Of a stretch of DNA of 64,000 nt, positions 27,618 to 38,226 are shown piece after piece; the first letter of the stretch is position 1; each line of letters begins with the position of its first letter. The stretch lies in the IMG/VR virus record IMGVR_UViG_3300035150_000015, positions 32,001 to 96,000 of that record. One strand, 5' to 3'. The notes beneath the pieces were generated by a model that saw only the letters and a program-made list of their open reading frames with translations, had not been told where the DNA came from and did no database searches. Source of the stretch: a virus. A program made the translations under genes and the position numbers.

Positions 27618-30600
27618 CTAGGCCCCCTTGAGGACCTGGAGAATTGGTAGAAGGACTTTCTTGGCCTCAGCGTCAGCTGCTGCCGTTCGGATAATGAGAG
27701 AACGCAATTTGGTGTACTTGTCGGAAGAAGCCTTCTTCGGTTCCTCCTCCTTAGGTTCCTCGGGCTCCTGTTGCTCTGCCAGCCTGGTTGACAAGTCAAA
27801 GAGCTCAAAAGCCATCTTGGGATTTTCGTTAGCCAGATGAACTGCCATCTTTCGGATCTGAGTCGATGCTTTCACGAGAGTAACCTTTTCTTTGGCTAGT
27901 TTCCCTGGGATAGTCCCAAATGCTTCTCCAGGACCTGGAGCCGGAACATTCCCCAAGCGAGCCAAGAGCATGTTATATGTGTTCGGGTCCACAGTTCTAT
28001 TGTATTTGCTGGTGTGTATTGCGAGATCCAAGGCGGCTCTCAACTGAGTGTCACGAAGGACTCCCTTGACATCGTCAGCCAAAACAGGGTTTTTTAACCA
28101 CTCTTGGGCAGAATCCAAAATAAACCTGTAGTCTGCCTCTCCCAGTTTCCCTTGCTGGGCTTGATTCCACTGAGGGTAGGACGTGGGACGTTCTTCTTCG
28201 GGGTCCACGCCGTGGTAGACTGCAGTCCGGCGATGTTGATCCATCGATAATCTAGAAAGATAAGTAGAATTTCGGTATCGCTCCAAAACCGCAGCCACTT
28301 TAGACCGGTTGGCCAAATCTTCAAAAAGATCTGGCACCTCTTCTTTCTTACCTCTGACCACATCATACCGGACAGGTTTTACGGGCTTAGGGGGCTCGGG
28401 CTCAGAGAAAGGTTCGGGACGTTTCTTGCCCGGAGCCTGATAGCTCGTATCCCATTTCCACATGGCCTTTTCAGCCTTGGCCTTCCTCTTCTCCCACTCC
28501 CTGTAAAGAGCTAGCTGCTGGTCATACTCGTCAGCATCCAACCTGTCCATAGCGGCCCTAACAACAGGAACCTTCTGGGGGGCCAAAGCCCGTAAACGAG
28601 ACAGGATCCTAACCTTGAAAGCCACTCCTCCTGGGTGACGAGACGTCCCATAAAGCTTTGACTTCTTCCGGAAGAAATCCGATGCCTTCCTCATTCCCTG
28701 AGCAATATTATTGGCGTCGTCCAGTTCCGAGAAAGACTCCTCAGATTCAAAGGGGGTCCTATTCAAAAACTTCGCCTTAGCCTCCTGGTAATCATTGGCC
28801 TCCAGGAACCCTCGAGCAATCCTCCGAGTGGCCGGGTCAAGCTGAGAAAGGAGTTTCTTGGCCACACCCTCACGAATTGGGATGTGTTGCCCCGAATCCA
28901 AATGTTCCTCGAAAGCCTTCTCGGCCTGTTTCTTGGCCTGCTTCTCTGAGCCCCCCCGAAGCATGAAGTCCGCAAGTGTTGAAGCCAACTCTGGGGGTAC
29001 CCTTGGTCGGTTCGTCATCGACGGGAGGCTCAACTCGTAGGACAGCCTGTCCTTAGCGGCCAAACTAGCTGCCAAGACCTGCATCTGGTGTTTACGCATA
29101 GCTTCAGCCTGCTCATCCAACGGCAGGGAGGCGAACACCCTCTTCTTCCCACCCTGCATCACCGTTCTAGGGGGCTTCACATCAGCAGGGTCAGTAGCAA
29201 AGAATTGCTGGGTTTTGGCCACAAGGTCTCTGACATTCTTAGGCTTCTGTCTACGAGCCACAGAATAATTCCGGACCAATTCCCTAGCATCCGTAGGATG
29301 TAGGTTCTTGGAAATAATGTCGACAACAAGTTCCGGGGGGAAAGTGTCGACGATTTCAGCCAACACCTCCCGACGTTCTGCCTCAGAAGGCTCTGGGCGT
29401 TCTGGCTCTGGGATACCGGCCCTCTCGAACTCGGACAATGAATCGTAGGAACGCTTCGCGTCCAAAGCTTTCTTCAGAGCCCGGAGATTATCACTCAGAC
29501 CGTCAGGCAAGGCCCCCTTCAACTCAGGGAAGGCCTTCTCGGGCCTCACAAACTCCAAGTCGTGTTCCTCCGCCAACTTGTTCAATCTCTCGGAGGGTTC
29601 GCTGGTGGGGTCAGAAAGTTGTTGAACCAGATCCCAGGCCGGCCCATTCTTCACGTCCAAAAGCAACTTGGACGCCTCGGCCCCATCCTTGATCAGCTTT
29701 TTCCGAGCCCTCTTGTCTTTTTCGATCTTCTTCTTTTCTCCCTCCTCTTGCTCGAAGCTTTCTATCAGAACGGACTGCTTCTCCGGGGGGAGCTCCTCAA
29801 AAGGGACTCTCTTCTTGGAGTCCAGAACCATCACCTGTCCGTTCTCCAACTCACTGGTAGGGATGGCTTCTAGAAACCGTTGGAACTGGGGTTCTTTGTG
29901 CCTTCCAGAAGCTACCCACTCCTGAACCTTGGGATGCTCAGGCTCCTCTGAGGCGTCCTCCTCAGGCTCCCCTTTTGCTGGCGGCTCCTTGCCCTCCTCA
30001 GGAGCTTTCTCAACCTCCTTGGGCTTGGGTGTCTTCCTACCCTTGGGCTTAGCCTTGGACTTCGAGGGCTTCGTAGCGAAGGCCTTTTGAAGGTCACCGA
30101 GAGTAGTCAAGCCCTCGGGAAGCTCTATCCCACGGAAAACCTGCGAAACTGAGAACTCGGGATTGTTCTGAGCAAACCCGTGGAGCTCTTGCCCGGGGGT
30201 AATCAAACTCTGCAACTTAGACTTGAGGGCCGGATTGTCCTTCACGAGCTCTCGAAGTTGGTCACCGAATTGCTGCAGCTGAGCTCGATCGAGCTCCCCT
30301 TTCTTCTCCTCCCGCTTAATCTCCTCGTACTTGTGAGGCTCCTCCCTAAGAGTTCTAGGGGAGACCAGGACTGTTTTCCCTGTCTCCTTGCTTTTAGCCG
30401 GGACCCTATCCTCTTCAGCCAGAACCCGGCGTACAACCTGAGCCGATAGACTGCCGCCTATGTCCTTGTAATTCAAAGACTTATCTCGGTCTCTCGCTAC
30501 ATCCTGATCCCCCCCAACATCAGGATCTTCATCGACACGCATATGCTCTCGGCGGCGGTCATGACGAGGGGGCTTAAGCTTGGGAGCCGGGCGCACTAAG

Positions 30601-30656
30601 CGCTCGGCCTCAGCATCTTCGACCTCAGAACGGGTTTTGGTGGACCAAATATCCAT
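27618..30656 (-). CDS. large (1012 aa) charged head-associated protein
   Basis: long ORF directly downstream of the portal; helical and charged; many [KR]xA motifs at the C-terminus. Confidence 0.65.
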   Translation of the reverse strand: MDIWSTKTRSEVEDAEAERLVRPAPKLKPPRHDRRREHMRVDEDPDVGGDQDVARDRDKSLNYKDIGGSLSAQVVRRVLAEEDRVPAKSKETGKTVLVSPRTLREEPHKYEEIKREEKKGELDRAQLQQFGDQLRELVKDNPALKSKLQSLITPGQELHGFAQNNPEFSVSQVFRGIELPEGLTTLGDLQKAFATKPSKSKAKPKGRKTPKPKEVEKAPEEGKEPPAKGEPEEDASEEPEHPKVQEWVASGRHKEPQFQRFLEAIPTSELENGQVMVLDSKKRVPFEELPPEKQSVLIESFEQEEGEKKKIEKDKRARKKLIKDGAEASKLLLDVKNGPAWDLVQQLSDPTSEPSERLNKLAEEHDLEFVRPEKAFPELKGALPDGLSDNLRALKKALDAKRSYDSLSEFERAGIPEPERPEPSEAERREVLAEIVDTFPPELVVDIISKNLHPTDARELVRNYSVARRQKPKNVRDLVAKTQQFFATDPADVKPPRTVMQGGKKRVFASLPLDEQAEAMRKHQMQVLAASLAAKDRLSYELSLPSMTNRPRVPPELASTLADFMLRGGSEKQAKKQAEKAFEEHLDSGQHIPIREGVAKKLLSQLDPATRRIARGFLEANDYQEAKAKFLNRTPFESEESFSELDDANNIAQGMRKASDFFRKKSKLYGTSRHPGGVAFKVRILSRLRALAPQKVPVVRAAMDRLDADEYDQQLALYREWEKRKAKAEKAMWKWDTSYQAPGKKRPEPFSEPEPPKPVKPVRYDVVRGKKEEVPDLFEDLANRSKVAAVLERYRNSTYLSRLSMDQHRRTAVYHGVDPEEERPTSYPQWNQAQQGKLGEADYRFILDSAQEWLKNPVLADDVKGVLRDTQLRAALDLAIHTSKYNRTVDPNTYNMLLARLGNVPAPGPGEAFGTIPGKLAKEKVTLVKASTQIRKMAVHLANENPKMAFELFDLSTRLAEQQEPEEPKEEEPKKASSDKYTKLRSLIIRTAAADAEAKKVLLPILQVLKGA

Positions 30657-30680
30657 CGCCTTACCAAGGCGATAGCTAAA

Positions 30681-32474
30681 TTAGTAACGACCCTCGTCCT
30701 CTCCTCCGCTGGGTTTCATCTTCAGCTTCAGGTACTCAGCTATCTTAGTAACTATGTCCGTCTGTTCGGCCAGTAGACGCCCGACCTCACTGTAGACACC
30801 CCTCATAGCCTCGTTGAAGACTGCATCATTGACCGTGAACATGTCCTTCTCGATCTTTAGCTTCGTTTCCTCAGGATCGATGCCAAGAAGCTCAAGGATG
30901 AGGTCGATGCTGATACTCCCCTTCTGGTAGAGGTTCATCATCGCATCAAAAGTATCCTGTGAGTCTCGAAGAGGCAGTCGAGTGAAGCTCAAACGCGGGT
31001 ACAGAACCACTTCCTGGCCCCACTCATCCTCCTCCACGAATCCCATGCGACGAGCCACAGGTTCGAACAGGTAGGTATGGACGTAGTCCTGAACGATCTC
31101 ACGAAGATGAAGATACCTTGTATTGATGACCTCCAGCTTTAGCCGATCCCCAGAATAGAGAGTCTCACCACTCATGAGACTCTCGGTGACACCCAACCCG
31201 GAAAGTAGCCGACGTTCAGTCTGCTCATACTCCACAGACAGATCGAGGAGCCGGTCCCGAGCTCCCATCTCTTCCCACCGAATCTCGTAGTTTGCAACAA
31301 TACTGTAATCGGGGTCTACGAGAGCCAGATCCACTTCTGCCCGTAGTATGTCCACATCGTCATTGCTCAAGCCCTCAGCCCAGACAATTCTTTTGGGCGT
31401 CATGGCTCTAGAAGCGATGGACGTCTGGGCCTGGCGAAGCTTCTCTCGGTAGTAGAGCGTACGCAAGCATCTGTCCAAAATACTCTGTCCTAGAGGGCTG
31501 TTGTCCGATTTCCGGCCGGAAAGAAGGTGCACAAAGGAGCCTTCATCCGGGTCAGTCCCCAACGGAATCAGGTGCCCTTGCGAAATGTGCTCCCGAACCT
31601 CATGGGGGATATCCTGGGCCAGCTCTTCGTCAGCCGGATTGCCATTTTTAGCGCCTTCAACAAGGGCCCGATCTTTGTCGGAAGGGATTAGCTCCACCCG
31701 AACCCGGTCTGTGAACGAACCAGTGGTGACCTTGACCCTATCCAGAGGAAGAATGATAAGCCGGGCCCATCCGGCATAGTGCTTCTGGTAGTAAAGAAGT
31801 TCCTGGTCTTCCCTATCAGTATCTTCTACCCAATACTCCTCCTCTTCCTCTACAGCATCACCGTTATCCTTCAGCACAGCCTTCGGCCGCTTCTCCAGCT
31901 TATGCCCAACCTCTTGTGGGAGATCAACATCAGAATCCTCAGCGAAAATGACACTGGTGCCATTAAGCCAATAGTGTCGAACAATCGTCAGTAGATTCTG
32001 GAAAAGCTTGATCCTATCGCACATCCTTTCGTACCGGCTCAGGATATACCGGCCGTAATCGTGAGGATCCTTGAAGCCCTTGGGGCAGGTCCTGGGCTTA
32101 GGGGGCGCCAAGCGGACTTTAGAGAGGGGGATCTCCGTGTGTAGATCGATAGCTTGCCCAACAAGCTCATCAGAATTGTAGAAATGCTGGTAGATCTCCA
32201 GCTTTTCTCGACGAGACTGAGGCAGCTCTAGGAAATCTGTGGAGAGCTGCGGGGAAAAGAAATTACCCTGGGAGCTCAGAATAGAATCCCCAGCAAAGCC
32301 ACCCGTTCCACCAATCCCACAGGAGGCCTGAACCTGCTGCCGGGCCAATCTTTCCTTGAAAGTAAGCTGGGACCCGGAACTAGCCACATAAGGTCTAGGA
32401 CGGGGAGGGACCGCAAACGTTGCTACCGTCGTCCTAGGGGCTGGTCGAGCGTTCGTGATGTAATCACTCGGCAT
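30681..32474 (-). CDS. portal protein
   Basis: 597 aa between terminase and protease; FY..D.LV..AID.H...P ... Y...G..V ... PLG.SIL..C...L portal-type pattern. Confidence 0.75.
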   Translation of the reverse strand: MPSDYITNARPAPRTTVATFAVPPRPRPYVASSGSQLTFKERLARQQVQASCGIGGTGGFAGDSILSSQGNFFSPQLSTDFLELPQSRREKLEIYQHFYNSDELVGQAIDLHTEIPLSKVRLAPPKPRTCPKGFKDPHDYGRYILSRYERMCDRIKLFQNLLTIVRHYWLNGTSVIFAEDSDVDLPQEVGHKLEKRPKAVLKDNGDAVEEEEEYWVEDTDREDQELLYYQKHYAGWARLIILPLDRVKVTTGSFTDRVRVELIPSDKDRALVEGAKNGNPADEELAQDIPHEVREHISQGHLIPLGTDPDEGSFVHLLSGRKSDNSPLGQSILDRCLRTLYYREKLRQAQTSIASRAMTPKRIVWAEGLSNDDVDILRAEVDLALVDPDYSIVANYEIRWEEMGARDRLLDLSVEYEQTERRLLSGLGVTESLMSGETLYSGDRLKLEVINTRYLHLREIVQDYVHTYLFEPVARRMGFVEEDEWGQEVVLYPRLSFTRLPLRDSQDTFDAMMNLYQKGSISIDLILELLGIDPEETKLKIEKDMFTVNDAVFNEAMRGVYSEVGRLLAEQTDIVTKIAEYLKLKMKPSGGEDEGRY

Positions 32475-32889
32475 CTAACACCTCACCATATAGCTCCTCA
32501 AAGTCAGGATCAGCAGGTGGAAGCCATGACCTGGCCTGCTCCTCACGCAATTGCTTTCGTTCCTCAGCCTTCCGCTGAGCCTCTTCTCTACGACTCTTCT
32601 CCTCAGACACTTCCTGAAGGGCCCGGTCCAAAATCCGGTCCATGGAAGAAGTCCTCTGGATCCCATTAGAAAGAGCAGCCGCTAGACGAGAATGGGCATT
32701 CACAAATACCATGTAACTAGAAAAGGACTCCCCACGATCCTTTCGTACCGCCTTTCTGAGGGATTCCACCAAAATTTGGAAGTCCTTCAGCTTTTCATCT
32801 AAACCCGCTCGGGCGTCGACAATCTGGCCCACAAGAGCCTGGATCTCAGACTCAGAAGAATCTCTCAAGAATTTACGCGGAGAGGGCAT
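32464..32889 (-). CDS. hypothetical coiled-coil protein
   Basis: 141 aa ORF overlapping the portal start. Confidence 0.55.
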   Translation of the reverse strand: MPSPRKFLRDSSESEIQALVGQIVDARAGLDEKLKDFQILVESLRKAVRKDRGESFSSYMVFVNAHSRLAAALSNGIQRTSSMDRILDRALQEVSEEKSRREEAQRKAEERKQLREEQARSWLPPADPDFEELYGEVLDAE

Positions 32890-32892
32890 GAT

Positions 32893-33408
32893 TTACATTG
32901 TTGTCTGAATTCCAAGGAATTCTCTGTTCAAAAGTTGGGGGGCTTGGGTCACAATCCCAGCAGGCACCGACGGGGCGTCAGGGTCACCGGAAAAAGTCAG
33001 TTCGTCCTCTTTGGTCCAGAGACCTCGAAGGGAAAAATACAAGATGTCATTCTCTGAATAGGTAAGGGGCACAAGAGGAGGAGCGAGCCTGGACGCCAAA
33101 GTGTAGCGCTCGTAAGAGGAAGTAGAGAGCACAGAAGCCCCAAAAAGCATGGTGGCAAACTGGTAATACGGTTGATTCCTAGTAGTGGCCGCATAGTCAT
33201 CCCCGGCCTCATCCGACCCCCAAACTAGGAATCCCCCAAATTTCCCCCTGGAATACGTGACCAACATTTCATCATCCACAGAGCCGGACCATTGCACCCC
33301 TTGGCCACCAGGCCAACCCCCCTGCACCATAGAAGAGTCCACCACCACTGTAGTACTATCGTCGAGGACGAACACGACACAATCTCTAGATCTGGGAAGC
33401 TCAGGCAT
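32893..33408 (-). CDS. cement/decoration-like protein, paralog A
   Basis: aligns end to end with 33410..33925; LTYSENDILYFSLRGLWT resembles 21096..21695. Confidence 0.65.
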   Translation of the reverse strand: MPELPRSRDCVVFVLDDSTTVVVDSSMVQGGWPGGQGVQWSGSVDDEMLVTYSRGKFGGFLVWGSDEAGDDYAATTRNQPYYQFATMLFGASVLSTSSYERYTLASRLAPPLVPLTYSENDILYFSLRGLWTKEDELTFSGDPDAPSVPAGIVTQAPQLLNREFLGIQTTM

Positions 33409-33409
33409 T

Positions 33410-33925
33410 TCAGGTCTTCATGTGAACAGTGATGTAGTTACTTGTGACAAAAGAGGGGGCTTGAATCGCTACTCCCACCACATTATCGTTGGGGGCTCTA
33501 GGATCACCAGACAAACTCCACTCATCCTCATTCGTCAGCTTACCGGAAAGGGAGTAGAATAGGTCCTCCGACGGGGTATAGACGATGGGAGTCGGATTTG
33601 GGAGACCACGGGTGGCGTAGGTATACCGCTCAAAGGAACTGGTAGAGATGATCCAACCCCCCATACCCACCACTGCAAACTTGTAGGTTGGTTGATTTCT
33701 GGACATCGAGGTGAACTTGTCAGCGGTTTCGTCTGAGCCCCAGAGAAAAAAAGCCTCAGCCAGGCCGTCGGACAGACTGACCGTAATCTCGTCCCGTCCA
33801 GAATCGTACCACTGGGCCCCTTGGCCGGCAGACCATCCAGACACAGCAAGGTCCGGGGAAACGGCTACGGCAAATGCGTCCCCTTTCTTGTAGATGATTA
33901 GGTCCCTGCTCCTGGCCACTTCCAT
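33410..33925 (-). CDS. cement/decoration-like protein, paralog B
   Basis: start MEVARSRD at 33925 (TGATG overlap); shares RSRD, GW..GQG.QW, WGSDE, RNQP, STSS.ERYT and EDE...SGDP.AP with 32893..33408. Confidence 0.65.
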   Translation of the reverse strand: MEVARSRDLIIYKKGDAFAVAVSPDLAVSGWSAGQGAQWYDSGRDEITVSLSDGLAEAFFLWGSDETADKFTSMSRNQPTYKFAVVGMGGWIISTSSFERYTYATRGLPNPTPIVYTPSEDLFYSLSGKLTNEDEWSLSGDPRAPNDNVVGVAIQAPSFVTSNYITVHMKT

Positions 33926-34167
33926 CAGAACCCAACCTCTCGCTTCCGCTGAGGCATAGCACCCCAAGCCTTCAGGATATTCGTCAGCATCTGTAGATGG
34001 GACAAATTCCCTTGTTCTATCTCTTCCCACTTACCCCGACAGCTTCGAAAAGCCGTTCGGATGGCCTGATAGTCCTCCGGGAGGACAATCATGTCCGACC
34101 CCAGCAAGTTGTCGACAAACTTCCGGATGACTTGGTCAGAAAAAGCGAGTGGGGTCTTTCGGTCCAT
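33925..34167 (-). CDS. hypothetical protein
   Basis: 80 aa, translationally coupled to the downstream gene. Confidence 0.55.
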   Translation of the reverse strand: MDRKTPLAFSDQVIRKFVDNLLGSDMIVLPEDYQAIRTAFRSCRGKWEEIEQGNLSHLQMLTNILKAWGAMPQRKREVGF

Positions 34168-34256
34168 ATCAACTCACCAAAAAGGCTCTATCTCCTATAT
34201 AGAATTGGTCGACCGGTGGAATTTCACAAAAGAGCTCCAGAATAAGTATACACCGG

Positions 34257-37200
34257 CTATCTCAAAAAAGGACGACGTCTGGGGACTCTTCTATCTCCAA
34301 TGTACCCTCTTTGCCTGTCTCGAATGCGCTGATATCGTTCGGAAGTCATAGAAGCGGAAGCCCGAGGCAGATGTAAGCCTCCTCCGGCCACATGTTTTTG
34401 GTTGACCAAGATATTCATTGAGAGCCATGTAGCACGGACAAGGGAGTCACTCAAGTCGTCATGATTACCTCTGACCTGGGGAGCCTGCACCAAAACAATG
34501 TTCTTAGAAAGCTTACGGGCTTCTAGACTCAACAACTCCGTAATGAGTGAGGAGTGGCGGTCTTGGCCCTCTTTGGCCCTTTCTGGAATTGGGTAATCAT
34601 AGAGCCGTAGGCTACCATTCAGAATGAAACTCTTGGCCGCTTGGTAAATCTTGCTGTTCTGGTCCCGAGTGAAAAACTCCGACCGGAACTGCTTAAGCCC
34701 CTTCTTGTGCAAGGCTTGTTCCAGAGGAATGCCGTTCCACTGGTCAAAGAGACCTGCAGTGATATGGAATCTCTTAGCTAGAGCCTCAATCCAATTGGCA
34801 ATCTCACCAAAGTCCAAACGCTCTACTGTTTCCAGGGTCTTAGCATATCCCGTGGTATATTCTCCGTGGAGATGGGGGTTGGTTTCCTTCCAATCAACCC
34901 CAGCATACCATACCTCATGGTAATCCAAAGAGATGTAATCTGATTCAGCATGGGTGATGGATACTGCTGTGCCGTCCTCCACGAGCCCAACGTCAATCCC
35001 CATCTGGTAAGGCTTACGAGGAGTCGGTCTAATGGTCGGACGACGGCCTACATCAATGCAAGCCTCGAGATCTTTCTTTCTCTCCAACCAACCCTTGGCC
35101 TGGTCACTGAACCGAGCACCGTGCTCAGTCGCGAACACAACCGGGTCGTCGTGGTACTTCTCCTTGTAGTAGGAACTGGGGATCGTAGGATTGATTTCCC
35201 ACGTAGGAGCCTGAATCGCCAAGATGTTAGCGGCTGCCGGGCCCCCGTGCATAGCTGTGCTGAACTTCTTGAAAAAGAGGCCTGACCGCCCTAAGGGGGA
35301 CGAAATAAGAATGATCCTAGACTCTACTGGGGCAATATCTCCTGTCTCCTTGTCCACAGCAGGACGCCCGGTGTCAGAATCCTTCCGAGAAAAGGCGGCA
35401 GAAGACGGGGTAACAGCAGCATAAATCTCGTCAGCCGAACTGTTGCCCTTGTCTTGGAAGTGGGCCACCTCGTCGAGAATAATTACAATGTTACCGGAAC
35501 CGCGAAGGCCCTTGGCGATACAGCTCTTGAATGTGACTCTCAGAGAGGCCTTGCCGTTCAGAGAGACAAACTTGCCATTCTCATGGTGGACGTTGGGCCC
35601 AAACTTCTCGATATCATAAGGGGTTCGGAAGTTGACGTGGCTTAAGGTATTGTTGGCAATGTACTGCTTGAAATAGTCGCACTTAGCCAAATGTGTGGTA
35701 ACCTCACCAAATAGGAGGCCGGCCTGTTCTTTGTCCGTAGCGACGCTAATAACTTGGATTCGGTTGCCATTCGGAAGCCCATAATACTCCTGAGGATTGT
35801 ATAGGTTCAGAAGCCGATATACCTCGTAGGAGGCAAAGATGCCAGATAGGGTCGTATTATGGTTGACTACTCCATTGGCTACAAAAGATTCCCCTTCTGG
35901 AACAGTGAGATCGTAAACCTGATGCTCTCCACGCTCTATGGATTGGACAGGATCATAGAAATAGTCCAATTCCACTAATTCTCGAAAGTGGGATGCAGCC
36001 TCCGAAGCCCCCAGGTCGATTGCAACAGATAGGGCCTTATCTAATCGCGAGTAGGACAGGTCTTCTCCAGAGGAAGGCTTGCATGTGTTGCCGAAAGCCT
36101 TCCTCAAATGACTGCGGCCCCAACCCTTTTCACCTCTAGCAGGGTTACGTTTAGGCACAGCCTCGAGTAATTCTCGAATGTGGGAATACTGATGAGGAAT
36201 ACTCTCCGTATCAGACTTCCCCTCCTGAGCATTCTTCAACGCAGCCTGCAAAGGCCGCTGCTTCTTATTAGAGTCGAACCCCACCAGTTCAGCAAAAATC
36301 CTCCTTGAACGAACACCCTTTAGACTAAGAATGGCATAATATCGTTCAGTTTCGGGATTCCACTTTCTAGCCACATTGGAAACTATCCCCAAATTAAGGA
36401 GCAAAACCTGAACATCAGAGGCAAGCTCAAAACTAGCCGTAGAAAGCGTAATGTGCCTTCCGCCTCCTTCTGCCGAACCATCGGTCTCAAATAAGCCTCT
36501 CAGAAAAGCACACACCACACTCTTAGGTGACCTTAGGATAGACCAAGGTACTCTTTTATCGTACCTGCCACACCCCCAGGACCATCCCAAGTCATGAAGA
36601 AATTGTCGCATCCCCACACTGGGGAATTCTAGTCTACCTGTATTTTTAGTGCGCTTGTCCTTCTGAACCCTACAAGAGCCAAACAATCTATCAAACAAGT
36701 CCCTCAAGTAGAGCCAAGTCTCATCATGCTCCACAGTAACAGCCACACCCTGAGTGTGGCCCCAAGACCCATCCCCCACCAAATAACCCAGAAGGTTTCC
36801 CCATGCTTCATCTAACTGATCCGGAAAAACGAGGTCTTTACGCCCACGGTCGTTGTGAAAAGGCTTAGTATCCAGTTGTTCAGAAGCCCAAAGGTCAGTG
36901 CCTCTATGAATTGCCAAGAAATCACCGGGACGGATTTCGTCCAAGTATCGCCAGTCAACGACCCCCTCAGCAGTCATGACTCTAACTCGATGATTGGCCG
37001 TTCCCCCAATCTCGTATCCAGACTTCGTCTTCAGTGTATATGTAGGCTTTACACCCCCATTGTAGAAATGGGATGAACGGGACTTTGCCGAACCCTCTTG
37101 AGCCACCCCAATCTCTAATTCACTGAATTCCTCTTCAGAGGCAATACCCAGCTCTTCAATAGGGAAAATTCCTCGGTCTGTGAGAACTAGAGTACCCTCC

Positions 37201-37601
37201 CGGTTACACTTACCGGCCCGCCGGCCTATGGCCAGAACGAGTTCCCGTCGGTCATGGTCCTGTTCCCCAATATTGCACCGGCCCTCATTATGAAGGTAGC
37301 TAAGATATTCCTTCTCAGTGAGCTCGTAGAGGATCTTAGTGTTGAACATGTCCGGAATCTGGATCCTCAGATTGGGGTCCTCCGGAAGAAAGTCGTCCAG
37401 CTCCAAGTTGTAGTACAGCTTGACTAGAAATTTCTGCGCTGGAAAGAGGGTCATGTTCAGACCCCAGGGCTGCTCTATGTATTCTAGAACATTGAAAATC
37501 TTGGGTTTGGCCGTTGCCACGGCCTCTTTCCCATAAGCAGATTTGACTCGTTGAGCGGTCTTCCGGACCAGCTCAGCAGCGGTCATTGGTTTGCTGGCCA
37601 A
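34257..37601 (-). CDS. terL: terminase large subunit with intein
   Basis: Walker A GRRAGK|TT, Walker B IILDE, ISSP coupling motif, RNase H-like GIDVG and HDD..D nuclease motifs. Confidence 0.92.
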   Translation of the reverse strand: MASKPMTAAELVRKTAQRVKSAYGKEAVATAKPKIFNVLEYIEQPWGLNMTLFPAQKFLVKLYYNLELDDFLPEDPNLRIQIPDMFNTKILYELTEKEYLSYLHNEGRCNIGEQDHDRRELVLAIGRRAGKCNREGTLVLTDRGIFPIEELGIASEEEFSELEIGVAQEGSAKSRSSHFYNGGVKPTYTLKTKSGYEIGGTANHRVRVMTAEGVVDWRYLDEIRPGDFLAIHRGTDLWASEQLDTKPFHNDRGRKDLVFPDQLDEAWGNLLGYLVGDGSWGHTQGVAVTVEHDETWLYLRDLFDRLFGSCRVQKDKRTKNTGRLEFPSVGMRQFLHDLGWSWGCGRYDKRVPWSILRSPKSVVCAFLRGLFETDGSAEGGGRHITLSTASFELASDVQVLLLNLGIVSNVARKWNPETERYYAILSLKGVRSRRIFAELVGFDSNKKQRPLQAALKNAQEGKSDTESIPHQYSHIRELLEAVPKRNPARGEKGWGRSHLRKAFGNTCKPSSGEDLSYSRLDKALSVAIDLGASEAASHFRELVELDYFYDPVQSIERGEHQVYDLTVPEGESFVANGVVNHNTTLSGIFASYEVYRLLNLYNPQEYYGLPNGNRIQVISVATDKEQAGLLFGEVTTHLAKCDYFKQYIANNTLSHVNFRTPYDIEKFGPNVHHENGKFVSLNGKASLRVTFKSCIAKGLRGSGNIVIILDEVAHFQDKGNSSADEIYAAVTPSSAAFSRKDSDTGRPAVDKETGDIAPVESRIILISSPLGRSGLFFKKFSTAMHGGPAAANILAIQAPTWEINPTIPSSYYKEKYHDDPVVFATEHGARFSDQAKGWLERKKDLEACIDVGRRPTIRPTPRKPYQMGIDVGLVEDGTAVSITHAESDYISLDYHEVWYAGVDWKETNPHLHGEYTTGYAKTLETVERLDFGEIANWIEALAKRFHITAGLFDQWNGIPLEQALHKKGLKQFRSEFFTRDQNSKIYQAAKSFILNGSLRLYDYPIPERAKEGQDRHSSLITELLSLEARKLSKNIVLVQAPQVRGNHDDLSDSLVRATWLSMNILVNQKHVAGGGLHLPRASASMTSERYQRIRDRQRGYIGDRRVPRRRPFLR
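35856..37208 (-). mobile_element. intein (451 aa) with LAGLIDADG domain in the terminase Walker A
   Basis: starts CNREGTLV, ends VVNHN followed by T; TANH block B; LLGYLVGDG and FLRGLFETDG motifs. Confidence 0.93.
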
Positions 37602-37609
37602 AAGTCACC

Positions 37610-38209
37610 TCACACGATTTTGTGCTCGGCCCGCTCTTCCCAACCCTCCAGTGCTGCGCCTAGAGTATTGACAAACAGGTCAAAGGTCTTAGGGTCAAGA
37701 ACCTTCGTGGCAGCCTCTTGGACAACCTCGATGAGATACCCAACCAGTTTCTGGACTCGCTCACTACGAAGGTCCAGCATTTGAACACCAAGCTTCCGGA
37801 TTTCGAGTTCGATGTTAGCAACCTCCTTGAGAGCGTTAATACGTCGTGAAGAGGTCTGAGCTGTGTCTGCACGATGTTTTTCAGCCTCAAGCCGGGCAAA
37901 GTTCAAAGCCGCTGCTTCCCGGGCAATCTGAACCTTGATGTGGTGAAGAAGCTCCAGAGATTCCTTTCGGTTAACGGTGGTCTGGACTACAGGATCCTCA
38001 CCAATGAAGTCCTCTCGACGTCCAGCCATCTCAGCATAGTAGGCGAGGTCGTTTACCGTAGGTTTGAGCTGCACCTTCTTGGGGCGGCCCCGTCCTCTCT
38101 TCACGGGACCAGTGGCCAAATGAAGTGGAACTACAGCGGCTACGGCAGAAGTTCGAGAGTCTTCGCCAGTAGGGGTTTCCCCAGGCTTGTTTCCGGTTTT
38201 TTCAGTCAT
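37610..38209 (-). CDS. probable terminase small subunit with an AT-hook motif
   Basis: directly upstream of terL; KRGRGRPKK motif followed by helical segments. Confidence 0.5.
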   Translation of the reverse strand: MTEKTGNKPGETPTGEDSRTSAVAAVVPLHLATGPVKRGRGRPKKVQLKPTVNDLAYYAEMAGRREDFIGEDPVVQTTVNRKESLELLHHIKVQIAREAAALNFARLEAEKHRADTAQTSSRRINALKEVANIELEIRKLGVQMLDLRSERVQKLVGYLIEVVQEAATKVLDPKTFDLFVNTLGAALEGWEERAEHKIV

Positions 38210-38226
38210 GGTGTTTCTCTCCTCAG

